The notes under the pieces were generated by a model. It ran no database searches. It worked only from the letters and a program-made list of their open reading frames with translations, and had not been told where the DNA came from. This document shows positions 39,834-50,751 of a stretch of DNA of 64,000 bases, piece by piece; position 1 is the stretch's first letter; each line of letters begins with the position of its first letter. The position numbers and the translations under genes were made by a program. The DNA is from an uncultured delta proteobacterium (lineage in GTDB: Bacteria > Desulfobacterota > Zymogenia > Zymogenales > Zymogenaceae), in NCBI GenBank assembly GCA_963792965.1, contig CAWBYW010000007.1, positions 576,001 through 640,000 of the forward strand. The letters run 5' to 3'.

Positions 39834-40970
39834 ATGGAAAAAATAGGAATAGTCGGGGTCGGACAGACCACCTATGAGCGATCAAAAGAGGCCCCCTTTG
39901 ACGAGCTGGTCTTTGAAGCGGCGACGAAGGCGCTTTCCGACGCCGGCGGCCAGATCGAACAGATCGACAACATTGTCACCGTCTCCAACGACTTTTGGGA
40001 CGGCCGCACGATTTCATCTATGGCCATCCAGGATGCGGCCGGAAGCTGGGGCAAGGACATCTCCACCATCGAGGATGACGGCACCTTCGGGACGCTCTAC
40101 GGGATGATGAGAATCCTCTCCGGGTCTTTCGATACGACGCTCGTCGTCTCTCACATGAAGGGGTCCGAGGGCGTGATGGACCTCATCACCAACGCGATGT
40201 TCGACCCGATTTATCAGCGGGGGCTCGGCATCGACGCGACATCATCGGCCGCGCTTCAGGCACGGCTCTATATGAAGATGAGCGGCGCCACCGAAGAGGA
40301 TTTCGCCCGTGTTTCCGTGAAAAACCACAAGAACGCCAAGAACAACCCCCATGCGCAGCTGCCGCTCGACATCACGGTTGCGGACGTCATGAAATCAAAA
40401 AAGATCGCCGAGCCGCTCAAGCTCTTGGATTGCTCTCCCATCAGCGACGGCGCGGCGGCGGTGGTCCTTGCCAACGAGAAGGGGGCCAAGCGATTCAAGA
40501 AGTCCCCCGTGTGGATCAAGGGGACGGGGCACTGCAGCGATAGCTACAACATCGGCTACCGGGACCTTGCCCGCTCACGCGCGCTTAAGGACGCGGCCGG
40601 CAGGGCCTACCGGGCGGCCGGGATCAAGGACCCGATGAAAGACTTGGACGTTGCCGAGATATACGACGCCTACTCCTACATGGAGCCTCTGTGGTACGAG
40701 GGGCTCGGTTTTGCGCCCGAGGGGAAAGGTAAAGACCTCCTCAGGTCCGGCGCCACCGAGATGGGCGGTCAGCTTCCGGTCAATCCCTCGGGCGGCGTGA
40801 TCTCCGCCCACCCGGTGCTCGTGGCCGGCATGGCGCGCCTGATCGAGGCGGTGTTGCAGGTACGCGGCGAGGCCGGCAAGAGACAGGTCAAGGGTGTAAA
40901 GACGGCGCTGGCTCATGGGATCAACGGCCCTTGCGGTCAGGCACACTGTGTCATCGTCGTTGGATCATAG
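39834..40970 (+). CDS. Thiolase-superfamily protein, Ltp4-like
   Basis: IGIVGVGQT, DFWDGRTISS, IEDDG at the usual nucleophilic Cys position, SPISDGAAA, EIYDAYS and VNPSGG. Confidence 0.8.
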   Translation: MEKIGIVGVGQTTYERSKEAPFDELVFEAATKALSDAGGQIEQIDNIVTVSNDFWDGRTISSMAIQDAAGSWGKDISTIEDDGTFGTLYGMMRILSGSFDTTLVVSHMKGSEGVMDLITNAMFDPIYQRGLGIDATSSAALQARLYMKMSGATEEDFARVSVKNHKNAKNNPHAQLPLDITVADVMKSKKIAEPLKLLDCSPISDGAAAVVLANEKGAKRFKKSPVWIKGTGHCSDSYNIGYRDLARSRALKDAAGRAYRAAGIKDPMKDLDVAEIYDAYSYMEPLWYEGLGFAPEGKGKDLLRSGATEMGGQLPVNPSGGVISAHPVLVAGMARLIEAVLQVRGEAGKRQVKGVKTALAHGINGPCGQAHCVIVVGS

Positions 40971-40984
40971 AAAGGGAGGAAATC

Positions 40985-42178
40985 ATGGGAAAAAGAGTAG
41001 CCATCGTCGGTTTCGGCCAGACCTATCAGAGGAGCTCCCGAAAGGACGTCAACGGCGTTGAACTCATTAACGAGGCCGTCACGGCGGCCCTTGCGGACGC
41101 CGGCATCACGATAAAGGATATTGACGCCGTCGTTATCGGCAACATGGACCACTTCGAGGGCATCAACTACGTCGATATGTGGAGCGTGGAAGGCTCCGGC
41201 GGTGTAATGAAGCCCGTGGTCAAGGTCACCACCGGCGGCACGACCGGTACGACCGTCGCCATGTGCGCATACTATCACGTGGCCTCCGGGATGTTCGACA
41301 GGGTGCTTGCCATCGGCTGGGAGAAAAACTCCGAGTCCGACACGACCGGCGCTATCATTACCGCCTTTCACCCGGTATGGGAGCGGCCGAACCTCGGCGG
41401 TGCCATCGCGGGACTCGCGGTGGAGGCAAGTAAGTATATGGACAATTACGGCGTCACAGAAAGAGACGGCGCCCGAATTGCAGCACGCGAGCGGCTGCAC
41501 GCCCTCAACAACCCCTACGCACACCTCCATCAGGAATGGATGAAGGGAATGGACGTGGATAAGATCGTCGATCTGTTGGTCACCTCCGAGCAGAACCAGA
41601 TGCTGGCCTACCCGCTCAGGATGAGCGACATGTGTCCCCGCACGGACGGGGCGGCGGCCTGCGTCTTTGCGTCGGAGGACGTGGCCGAAAAGCTCGCGCC
41701 CGTCCCGGCGTGGGTGGCCGCCACGGCCAACCGGCACGATTTCGTCTATCTCGGCGATATCGATTGGGATTACAACACGACGTTGATGGACGCGAGCAAG
41801 AAGGTCTTCAAGAAAGCAGGGATCAAAGAGCCTCTCAAGGAGATTGACGTCTGCGAGCTTTACGTTCCCTATTCTTACGGCGGCCTCAAGTGGATGGAGA
41901 ACATCGGGTTTGCCAAACCGGGCGAGGGACCGAAGCTCGTCTGGGACAAGGTGACCGACATGGACGGCGAGCTCCCCGTCAATCCCTCCGGCGGCGTCAT
42001 GAGCTCAAACCCCATCGGCGCCACGGCGCTTATCCGAGTCGGCGAGGCGGCATGGCAGATCATGAGGAAGGCCGGCCCCCGGCAGGTAGCCAAGAACGTG
42101 AACTTCGCCCTGACGACCGGGTTCGGAGGGTGCAGCTGGGCCGATGTCATGCTGTTGTCAAAGAAAAAGCCCTCGTAG
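40985..42178 (+). CDS. Thiolase-superfamily protein, Ltp3-like
   Basis: DAVVIGNMDHFEG, VTTGGTTG (no nucleophilic Cys), WEKNSES, ELYVPYS and VNPSGGVMSSNPIGA. Confidence 0.8.
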   Translation: MGKRVAIVGFGQTYQRSSRKDVNGVELINEAVTAALADAGITIKDIDAVVIGNMDHFEGINYVDMWSVEGSGGVMKPVVKVTTGGTTGTTVAMCAYYHVASGMFDRVLAIGWEKNSESDTTGAIITAFHPVWERPNLGGAIAGLAVEASKYMDNYGVTERDGARIAARERLHALNNPYAHLHQEWMKGMDVDKIVDLLVTSEQNQMLAYPLRMSDMCPRTDGAAACVFASEDVAEKLAPVPAWVAATANRHDFVYLGDIDWDYNTTLMDASKKVFKKAGIKEPLKEIDVCELYVPYSYGGLKWMENIGFAKPGEGPKLVWDKVTDMDGELPVNPSGGVMSSNPIGATALIRVGEAAWQIMRKAGPRQVAKNVNFALTTGFGGCSWADVMLLSKKKPS

Positions 42179-42287
42179 CGATGTCTCATCGCCGTACCCG
42201 CGTGTCAGGCTGAGTACGGCATGACGACGCGCGGTACCGATGGGAAGAAATCGAGCATTCGCACCACGACAATAAAAGGAAAGAGAA

Positions 42288-42761
42288 ATGACCGAAAAAA
42301 AGGAAGAGAAGGAGCTGTTGGCAATATCGTCAGGGGACGCCGCCCAGCCCTTTAAGTGGAGCGTCGGAAAACACGGATCCAAGTTTCTGGCGGAATTGCG
42401 GGACCACAAGAAACTCTTCGGCATCAAGTGTCCGAAGTGCGGCCGTGTCTACGTCCCGCCGCGCCTGGTCTGCGGCAGGTGCCACGCGGCCATGGACGAG
42501 TTCGTCCCCGTCTCCGATGAAGGAAAAATCACCGTGTGCACGATCATCCAGTTCTCGTTCGTCGACCCCAATACCGGCATCCAGCGCCCGGTTCCCTACG
42601 GGTACGCCTTCATAACGCTTGACGGCGCCGACACCGCCATACCCCACTTTCTCGACAGCACCGACCCCGCAAAAGTCAAGGTCGGGGCCCGGGTCAAGGC
42701 GGTCTTCGAGGAAAACCGGACGGGAAGCCTCATGGACATCAAGCATTTTTCGGTGCTTTAA
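42288..42761 (+). CDS. DUF35 Zn-ribbon/OB-fold protein
   Basis: CPKC..YVPPRLVCGRC and ITLDGADT. Confidence 0.9.
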   Translation: MTEKKEEKELLAISSGDAAQPFKWSVGKHGSKFLAELRDHKKLFGIKCPKCGRVYVPPRLVCGRCHAAMDEFVPVSDEGKITVCTIIQFSFVDPNTGIQRPVPYGYAFITLDGADTAIPHFLDSTDPAKVKVGARVKAVFEENRTGSLMDIKHFSVL

Positions 42762-42854
42762 GACGAGTCGTTTGCGGCCGTCTTTGCGACGAAGACGGCC
42801 GCCCCCGTTTCCTCGTTATATTTTCATGCCCCCTATCTATAAAGGGAAAATACC

Positions 42855-44523
42855 ATGGATGAGCGCCTTTGGCATCGTGCGTACGTACCCGAGGTGCCGC
42901 GAGAGGTCGCGCTCGACGACATTACCATCCCCGAGATCCTCGCCCGCACCGCAAAGAAATTCCCGGATCGAATCGCCCTCATCTACTTAGGGAGGAAAAT
43001 CACCTATCGAGAAATAGACCAACTCGCGAATCGATTCGCGCGTGTGCTTATCTCCCTCGGTCTTACGTCGGGGGACCGGATCGCGCTGCTATTGCCCAAT
43101 ATTCCCCAGATTGTCATCGCCTACTTCGGGGCGTGGCGCGCCCACCTCACCCCGGTCCCTATCAACCCGCTCTATACGGACCGCGAGATCGAGCACCAGC
43201 TCAACACGTCGGGCGCAACGGCGCTGGTAAGCCTTGACCTTCTGGTCGGCCGGATGCTCGCCCTGAAACCGAGGACGAGCGTGAAAACCGTCATTACCGC
43301 CCACATCAAGGACTACCTCCCCTTTCCGGCAAAGCAGCTGTTCCCCTTCGTCAAGAAGGGGATGTCGGTGAAATACGAGCCCGCGCCCGACTACTACGAC
43401 TTTTTGGACCTGATGAAAAGTGGCTCCGACGCGCCCGTGGGTCCCCCGCCGACGCTCGATGACCTCGCCCTCATCCCCTACTCCGGCGGAACGACAGGGG
43501 TCGCCAAGGGGGTGGCCCTGACCCACCGCAACGTCTCGGCCATCACCCAGATCGCCCAGGCCTGGTTTTACGATATCAAGGACAAGCCCGAGAGTGAGCT
43601 GGCGATCTTCCCGTTTTTCCACATGGCGGGCTTCACCGCCGTCATGAACCTCTGCGTCATCAACGGATGGACGGCGATCCTCGTGCCGCGCCCCGAGCCC
43701 AAGACGGTCATGGATATGACCCTCAAATACCGACCGTCCATATTCCTTGCGGTCCCGACAATTTACGTGGGTGTTATGGCCCTGCCCGAGTTCGCGGATT
43801 CCGACCTCTCGTTTATCAAGGGGTTTTTCTCGGGGGCGGCTCCCCTCCCCGTCGATACGATCAACACCCTCAGGCAGGCCACCGGCGCCCTCATCGTTGA
43901 GGGCTACGGCATGACCGAATCGACGACGTTCATCTCCGTCACCCCGTGGGGGGAAGCTGAAGCCGGGGAGCGTCGGGGTGCCCCTGCCCGGCGTGGATGT
44001 GAAAATCGTGGACGTCGATACCGGCACAAAAGAGGCCCCCGTCGGCCGGGAGGGAGAGATCATCTTTCGCGGCCCAAACATGTGTCAGGGTTACTACAAC
44101 ATGCCCGAGGAGACAAAGAACAACATCAGGGACGGCTGGTTTTACACCGGGGATATCGGGATGTTTGACGATGACGGCTACCTCTATATCGTTGACCGCA
44201 AGAAAGACATGATTATCGCCGGCGGCTATAACATCTTTCCGCGGGAGATCGACGAGGTTCTCTTCGATCATCCCCAAGTATTGGAGGCCTGTACCATCGG
44301 GGTACCTCACGACTATCGCGGAGAGACGGTCAAATCGTTCATCGTGGCAAGACCGGGCCAGACGCTCTCACACGAAGAGCTCGACGCCTATTGCCGCGAG
44401 CGCCTTTCCCCCTACAAGGTGCCTAAGATTTACGAATTTGTGGAATCGCTGCCTAAATCTGCCATCGGAAAAATACTGAAGCGAGAGCTCAGAGATGCCG
44501 AATTGAACAAGGTAAAGAAATAG
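42855..44523 (+). CDS. Long-chain acyl-CoA ligase (frameshift in the G-run near 43950)
   Basis: YSGGTTGVAKG, EGYGMTES, then FYTGD, VDRKKDMII and LPKSAIGKI in the next frame. Confidence 0.9.
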
Positions 44524-44544
44524 CCTATTTATAAGGAAGGTACC

Positions 44545-45003
44545 ATGGAAAAAGTGTTCTTTGAAGACTACGAAGTTGGTGAGCTCCTCGTCTCACCGGG
44601 ACGGACCATCACCGAGACCGACATCATCCTCTTCGCCGGGCTCACCGGTGACTGGCACCCGATCCACACCAACGTCGAATATGCCAAGAAGACGATGTTC
44701 GGCGAGCGGATCGCGCACGGCATGCTGGGCCTTTCGGTGGGATCGGCCCTCATTTTTCGCCTCGGGCCCTATGTCTTTACGCCAAAGAAATTCATCGCCT
44801 TCTACGGCATAGACAAAGTCCGGTTTACCGGCCCCATCAAGATCGGGGATACCATCCGCTGCGAGGCGAAGGTTGCCGAGATGAAGGAGCGGGATGAAAA
44901 CACCGGCACCATAGCCTATGAGGCGGCCATCAAGAACCAGCGCGACGAGGATTGTGTCGTCTTCACCCCCAAGATTCTCGTCGGGAGAAAAAAGAAGGAG
45001 TGA
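44545..45003 (+). CDS. MaoC-like (R)-specific enoyl-CoA hydratase
   Basis: FAGLTGDWHPIH..FGERIAHG. Confidence 0.9.
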   Translation: MEKVFFEDYEVGELLVSPGRTITETDIILFAGLTGDWHPIHTNVEYAKKTMFGERIAHGMLGLSVGSALIFRLGPYVFTPKKFIAFYGIDKVRFTGPIKIGDTIRCEAKVAEMKERDENTGTIAYEAAIKNQRDEDCVVFTPKILVGRKKKE

Positions 45004-45006
45004 CCC

Positions 45007-46164
45007 ATGGATTTCGAACTGACCAGTGAACAGAAGATGCTCAAGGAGACCGTCGCGAAATTCGTCGACAAGCAGGTCATTCCCGGCGCCCCCGAGATCG
45101 ATCAGGACGGCACGTTTCCCGAGGCGAACTTTCGGGCCATGGCCGAGCTTGGGCTTTTCGGGATATCGATCCCTCCCGAATACGGCGGCATCGGCGCCGA
45201 CCTTACATCGTGTGTGCTGGTGATGGAACAGCTCAGCCGCGGCTGCGCCTCCACCGCCAATACCTACGGCTCCCACGCCATCCTCTGCACCGAAAACATC
45301 TACCGCAACGGAAACGAGGCGCAGCGGAAGAAGTATCTGCCCGACCTGATCGCGGGAAAGAAGATCGGCTTTATCGCCATCACCGAGCCCGAGGCGGGAT
45401 CCGACGCCCTGTCGATGCGTACCCGGGCCGTCAAAAAGGGAGATAAGTACATTCTCAACGGCACCAAGATGTTCATCACCAACGGACCCGTGGCTGACGT
45501 CGGCGTCGTCTACGCCAAGACCGACCCGGACGCCGGCCATAAGGGGATATCGGCCTTCATAGTCCAGAAGGAGTTCAAGGGATTTTCCCGGGGAAAGAGC
45601 CTCAAGAAGATGGGAGTGCGCGGCTCACCAACGGGCGAATTGATCTTCGAGGACATGGAGGTGCCCGAGGAGAACCTGCTGGGCGCCCACAACGAGGGGA
45701 TCAAGGTCCTCATGAACGGTCTTGACCGGGAGCGGATTATCTATTCCATCACCCCCGTCGGCGTCGCACAGGGGGCATTCGATGTCGCGTTCAGATACGC
45801 ATCCCAGCGTGTCCAGTTCGGGACGGCCATCATCAATTTCCAGATGATCCAGGAGATGCTGGCGGAAATGGCCACGGATCTGGTCGCGGGCCGCACGGTA
45901 TCCTACTGGGCGGCGACGCTGGCCGATCAGGGGAAGCGGGTGCGGCTTGAGGCGTCCTATGCCAAGCTGTTGGGCTCCCAGGTCGGGATGAGGGTCGTTG
46001 ACAAGGCCGTCCAGATCCTCGGCGGCTACGGATTCATCAGCGAATTCCCGGTGGAGCGCATGTACCGGGACATGAAAGGGATCGAGTTCGGCGCAGGTAC
46101 CACCCAGATTCAGAAGCTTATCATCGCCCGCGAACTGATGAAAGGTATGGGCTCCGGGACATAA
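45007..46164 (+). CDS. Acyl-CoA dehydrogenase (isovaleryl-CoA dehydrogenase-like)
   Basis: ITEPEAGSD, LNGTKMFITNG, KMGVRGSPTGEL, RVQFG, QILGGYG and GAGTTQIQK. Confidence 0.92.
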   Translation: MDFELTSEQKMLKETVAKFVDKQVIPGAPEIDQDGTFPEANFRAMAELGLFGISIPPEYGGIGADLTSCVLVMEQLSRGCASTANTYGSHAILCTENIYRNGNEAQRKKYLPDLIAGKKIGFIAITEPEAGSDALSMRTRAVKKGDKYILNGTKMFITNGPVADVGVVYAKTDPDAGHKGISAFIVQKEFKGFSRGKSLKKMGVRGSPTGELIFEDMEVPEENLLGAHNEGIKVLMNGLDRERIIYSITPVGVAQGAFDVAFRYASQRVQFGTAIINFQMIQEMLAEMATDLVAGRTVSYWAATLADQGKRVRLEASYAKLLGSQVGMRVVDKAVQILGGYGFISEFPVERMYRDMKGIEFGAGTTQIQKLIIARELMKGMGSGT

Positions 46165-46188
46165 CAGGAAGAGCGAACGGTGGCTTTC

Positions 46189-46215
46189 AAGGGGGACGTA
46201 CAGTCCCCTTTTTTT
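46189..46215 (+). terminator. Intrinsic terminator
   Basis: GGGGAC-GTACA-GTCCCC followed by TTTTTTT. Confidence 0.7.
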
Positions 46216-46533
46216 GTCTCCAATGGTGCACAGATGGGGGAAACCTCACCGTTTTCGCTCGCGCGCATCGGGAACGAGTCCTTCGACACAGCCCTTGACC
46301 GAACCAGACCACTGGCGGAAGAGTCGGCGCCTCGGCGTATCCGATCGATCGCACACGGCGTCTTGGCCGCCCTATTTTATTATTTGACTCCCGATCTATC
46401 TGTGATATAAGAAAAAATGACCGTCCGGGCGGTCTTGAGCATTTGTCGGCCGACTGACACGATCCACGCCGCCGGGCGGGCTGAAAATAGCTCACGGCTT
46501 TTTCTTACGCTCTTCATGACGGGAAGGAATTGC

Positions 46534-47061
46534 ATGGGATACTACATCACGATCGCGGGGCTCATTCTTTTCATCCTCGGAATCGTCACCTTTATAAAGA
46601 TGTCGAGTCTGACCCTCATGTTCTACGTCTACACCTTCTTGGGCCTGGCGTTTGCTATCTGGGGGCTTACCACCCTCAAAAAGGCTCGACGAGAGGCAAT
46701 CAGAGACGTTGCGAAGGCAAGGGTCGACCGGATGGCGACCGCCCGCAGCATCCCAACAAAGAAATGCCCGGCATGTGGAGGCGCTATTGAGGTCTCGTCG
46801 AGACTCTGTCCGCTCTGCGGCCATGCGTTTCAGGTGACCTATACCCTGACGGTCTTTACCCCATTCGACGTAAGTAAACGAGAAGGATTGATCAAATACC
46901 TTATGACACGGATGAAGAAGACCTACGAGGAGATAGCCATCCAGCTCGAAAAGGGAATGGTCTTCAGGTATTCCAACAAGGAGGATTCGGAAAAAAACAG
47001 GAAGAGCTTTGAAAACCTCGGCTGTAAGGTGAAAGAGGGAGAGATCGTCTCAAATACATGA
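46534..47061 (+). CDS. Two-TM protein with Zn ribbon and a C-terminal L7/L12-CTD/ClpS-like domain
   Basis: Two N-terminal TM helices, CPACG..CPLCGH, and the tail KREGLIKYL..SNKEDSEKNRKSFENLGCKVKE. Confidence 0.65.
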   Translation: MGYYITIAGLILFILGIVTFIKMSSLTLMFYVYTFLGLAFAIWGLTTLKKARREAIRDVAKARVDRMATARSIPTKKCPACGGAIEVSSRLCPLCGHAFQVTYTLTVFTPFDVSKREGLIKYLMTRMKKTYEEIAIQLEKGMVFRYSNKEDSEKNRKSFENLGCKVKEGEIVSNT

Positions 47062-47202
47062 CGAGTCCCGCCTCGCCTTGTTGCATAATCACCTTTACGC
47101 GGGTGCCTATTCTCGCAGAGGATAGCGGGCAGCCCGATCGCGTCATATAGTCGGTCAGACTATTCTTCTATTATCCCCTCTCGATATCATAAGGAGCATC
47201 AT

Positions 47203-48144
47203 ATGGAGGCAAAAGACGTGAAAAAGGCCCTGGTCGTCGGAGCCGGCGCAATGGGACACGCCATCGCCCAGGTCTTTGCGACGGCAGGTATCGACGTGAG
47301 CCTTGTCGATCTGGCTGACGACATTCTCGATCACGCGATGAAGCTGATCGGATACAACCTCAAAACCCTCGCCGATTTCGGCCGGGTCAATCCGGCCGCT
47401 ATACCCGCCATCCTTAAGCGCATTCACCCTTCCATCGACCTGAAGGCCGCAGCTCAAAACGTCGACTTTGCCATTGAAGCGGTGTTTGAGGTGCCGGAGG
47501 CGAAGAAGAAGATCTTTTCGGACCTCGAGGCCTATCTCCCGCCTCACGCCGTGATCGCCAGCAACACCTCGGGGCTGGAGATCTTCAACATTATCGAGCC
47601 GAAAGATCCGTCGCGCATAGTCATCGACCACTGGTGCGCCCCGGCGTATATCATTCCCCTGGTCGAGGTGGTTCCCGGGCCGCAGACCGCCCCCGAGGTC
47701 GTTTCCTTCACCGTCTCGCTCATGGAGCGGGTCGGTAAGCGCCCGGTGGCCATGCGCCAGTTCGTTCGGTCGTTCATACTAAACCGAATCCAGGGTTACA
47801 TCTTCATGGCCGTCATGGAGATGCTCGACAAGGGGTGGGCGACGCCGGAGGAGATCGACTATGCGATCAAGATGAGCCTCGGCGTGCGTTTGCCGGTGGT
47901 CGGGGTGGTGCAGACGTACGACTTCACGGGGCTGGACATTGTGGCGGATATGATCAAGAGCTACGGCATGAGCTACCCGATTATCGAGAACAAGGCCAAG
48001 GAGGGAAACCTCGGCGTGAAGACCGGTAAGGGGCTCTTCGACTACAACGGACGAAGCGAGGAGGAGGTGCTCAGGAAGCGGGATGAGCTGATTATCAAGC
48101 TCTGCGATTTCGTCGAGGAGCTCAACGGCTTCAGGCCGGTTTAA
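47203..48144 (+). CDS. 3-hydroxyacyl-CoA dehydrogenase family protein
   Basis: VVGAGAMG, IEAVFE, IASNTSG, FILNRIQ, DFTGLD and LGVKTGKG. Confidence 0.9.
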   Translation: MEAKDVKKALVVGAGAMGHAIAQVFATAGIDVSLVDLADDILDHAMKLIGYNLKTLADFGRVNPAAIPAILKRIHPSIDLKAAAQNVDFAIEAVFEVPEAKKKIFSDLEAYLPPHAVIASNTSGLEIFNIIEPKDPSRIVIDHWCAPAYIIPLVEVVPGPQTAPEVVSFTVSLMERVGKRPVAMRQFVRSFILNRIQGYIFMAVMEMLDKGWATPEEIDYAIKMSLGVRLPVVGVVQTYDFTGLDIVADMIKSYGMSYPIIENKAKEGNLGVKTGKGLFDYNGRSEEEVLRKRDELIIKLCDFVEELNGFRPV

Positions 48145-48164
48145 GTTCTGGCGGCAGGTCTCGT

Positions 48165-49074
48165 TTAATTGAGGAGATAGTTGCCGGGATCCACGGGAAC
48201 GCCGTTGATCCTGACTTCGTAGTGCAGGTGGGCGCCAATGGAGCGGCCGGTGCTGCCGACGAGCCCGATTTTCTGCCCCCTCTTGACCCGGTCACCGTCG
48301 TGGACGAGGATCACCGACAGGTGGGCGTAATTGGTCGTGATGCCGTAGCCGTGGTCAACGGTGATCACGTTGCCATAGCCGGACTCGACGCCGGCGAAGA
48401 TGACCGCACCGTCGGCCGTGGCATGGACAGGGGTGCCCAGGCTATTGGCGATATCGTACCCCTCATGCATCTTGATCGTCCGGTTGATGGGGTCCCGCCG
48501 GAAGCCGAAGCTTGAGCATAAGAACCCCTTGATCGGCCATATGGAGGGAGTGCAGTCCAGCAAGTAACTCTGGTTCTCAAGGAAGATGAGGAGCTGCTGG
48601 AGGCTTTCCTCACGGTGGCGTGATTCCTCCTCGAACTTCAGCATTCCCGTCATCAACTCGCCGGAGCCGATGTCGCCCTCGCCGTTCTTCCTCGTCAATT
48701 CGTCGTTGTCCCCTTTAGAGGTCCCGCCGATGCCGAAGAGCTCCGTCCCGCCCCCACTCGTGCCGATGTTGAGCATGGTGCAAATAGTCTCATTTGTGGT
48801 CTGCATCTTATCGAGTTTGGCGCTCAGCTCTTTGAACTGCTTGTGGAAGAGCTTGAGCTGGTCATTCTGCATCCGGTTTTCTTCCTTGAGGGAAGAAGAG
48901 CTCAAGCATCTCCAGGCGGATGTTAAGATAGTTGTAAAGCATGGAAACGGAAGCCACGAGCACCGCAAAGGCGAAAACTGCCGCGGCATACAGGACGATG
49001 TTGGATATCTTGTGTCTGGAAAGCTTGTCGGCCTTATCGTGGATGATGAGAATCGAATAATAGCTCTTTTTCAT
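48165..49074 (-). CDS. M23-family (LytM) peptidase (frameshift near 48900)
   Basis: PSIWP, HEGYD, ATADG, YAHL and GSTGRS.GAHLHYEV; TM-bearing N-terminus MKKSYYSILII in the adjacent frame. Confidence 0.85.
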
Positions 49075-49302
49075 TATTGAAAGACACACATGGTAAAGAA
49101 TGCGTCCGAAAAACACAATATACGGACCAAGTGCGAGACATATATCACAAATAGTACAATAATGTCAAATATTTTCACTCTTTTTTACCAAAAATATGAG
49201 AAAAATTCCAGAATTTCCTCGTCCCTCGGCCCGTCCCGGCGGCCGTTTTGCCCTCTTTCCGGTCCCTGGAGGGGAAAAAATGAGGATGCATCCCCCATAT
49301 GA

Positions 49303-50742
49303 TTACCCCTTTATTACCCCGATCGGCCGCGTCCGGGCGACTTTTCTTGAAAGTCCCGCCCCATGCACCACCTCTACCACTCGATCCACGTCCTTATAGG
49401 CGTCGGGCATTTCTTCGGCCAGCGAATCCTTGCCCCCCGCCATGACGAAGATCCCTTTTTGCATCAGCTCTTTTCCGATCGACCTCCCCTTGGCCGCTTT
49501 GATCGCCGCGTGCCGCGAGAGGACCCGCCCGGCACCATGACAGGTGCTTCCGAAGGTCTCCTTTATCGCCCCTTCAGTTCCCACCAGGATGTACGAGTGG
49601 GTCCCCATGTCCCCCGGGATGAGGATGGGTTGGCCGACGGAGCGGTACACCTCCGGCACGAGCGGATGTCCTGCGGGGAGGGCTCGCGTGGCGCCCTTGC
49701 GGTGGACGCAGACCTCTTTTACCTCTCCGTCTATCTCGTGCTTTTCGATCTTGGCGATGTTATGACACACGTCGTATACGAGGTTCATTTTGAGCCTTGT
49801 GGGCGACGCCTCGAAGACCCTCATGAATACTTCCCGCGTCCAGTGGAGGATGATTTGCCGGTTGGCCCAGGCGTAATTGGCCGCGCACGCCATGGCGTTG
49901 AAGTACTCCCTCCCCTCCCTCGATCTGAGGGGGGCGCAGGCGAGCTGTCGGTCGGGGATGTCGATTCCCTCGCGCACAACGACCTTCCCAAGAATCTTAA
50001 GGAAATCGTCACATATCTGGTAGCCAAGCCCACGTGACCCGGTATGGATGAAGGCAACCACTCCGCCCTCGAAGAGCCCGAAGAGGGAGGCCGCCCCCTC
50101 ATCAAAGACCTCTTCCACCACGGCGACCTCGAGAAAATGGTTGCCGCTGCCGAGCGTCCCGAGCTGCTCCTTTCCTCTGGTCATCGCGCGCTCCGAGACC
50201 GTTTCCGGGTCGGCGTTCTGCATCCGGCCGTAGTCTTCGGTACGCATCAGGTCTTCCTCTGTCCCCATCCCGCGCTCCACGGCCCACCGGGCGCCCTTCA
50301 GGAGCACCTCTTTCTCCTCCTTCCGGTTTGTCTTGATCTTACCGGTGGAGCCGACCCCCGACGGTATTGAAAAGTAGAGGGCCGTGATAAGCTCTTCGAT
50401 CTTCGGCTTAACCTGGTCCAGAGTCAACTCCGTGCGCACGAGCCGGCACCCACAGTTAATGTCGTAGCCGACGCCCCCGGGTGATATAATCCCCTCATCG
50501 ATGTCGAAGGCGGCGACCCCTCCGATGGGGAACCCGTAGCCCCAGTGCATATCCGGCATGGCAAGTGAATTTTTTATGATTCCCGGAAGCGTCGCCACAT
50601 TGGCAACCTGCGTCGGCCCCTGGTCGCGCTGGATGTCCTCAAGCATCACCTCATCGGTGAAAATCAGGCCGGGGACCCGCATCTTGCCGCTCTTCGGCAG
50701 CTCCCATCGATAGTCGTCTATCTTTCTCAATCGGCTCGTCAC
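49303..50742 (-). CDS. rtcB: RtcB RNA ligase (archaeal/eukaryote-like long form)
   Basis: MPDMHWGYGFPIGG, GVGYDINCG, QLGTLGSGNHFLE, HTGSRG, HNIAK, HRKGAT and HGAGR. Confidence 0.95.
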   Translation of the reverse strand: MTSRLRKIDDYRWELPKSGKMRVPGLIFTDEVMLEDIQRDQGPTQVANVATLPGIIKNSLAMPDMHWGYGFPIGGVAAFDIDEGIISPGGVGYDINCGCRLVRTELTLDQVKPKIEELITALYFSIPSGVGSTGKIKTNRKEEKEVLLKGARWAVERGMGTEEDLMRTEDYGRMQNADPETVSERAMTRGKEQLGTLGSGNHFLEVAVVEEVFDEGAASLFGLFEGGVVAFIHTGSRGLGYQICDDFLKILGKVVVREGIDIPDRQLACAPLRSREGREYFNAMACAANYAWANRQIILHWTREVFMRVFEASPTRLKMNLVYDVCHNIAKIEKHEIDGEVKEVCVHRKGATRALPAGHPLVPEVYRSVGQPILIPGDMGTHSYILVGTEGAIKETFGSTCHGAGRVLSRHAAIKAAKGRSIGKELMQKGIFVMAGGKDSLAEEMPDAYKDVDRVVEVVHGAGLSRKVARTRPIGVIKG

Positions 50743-50751
50743 TATTATCTC

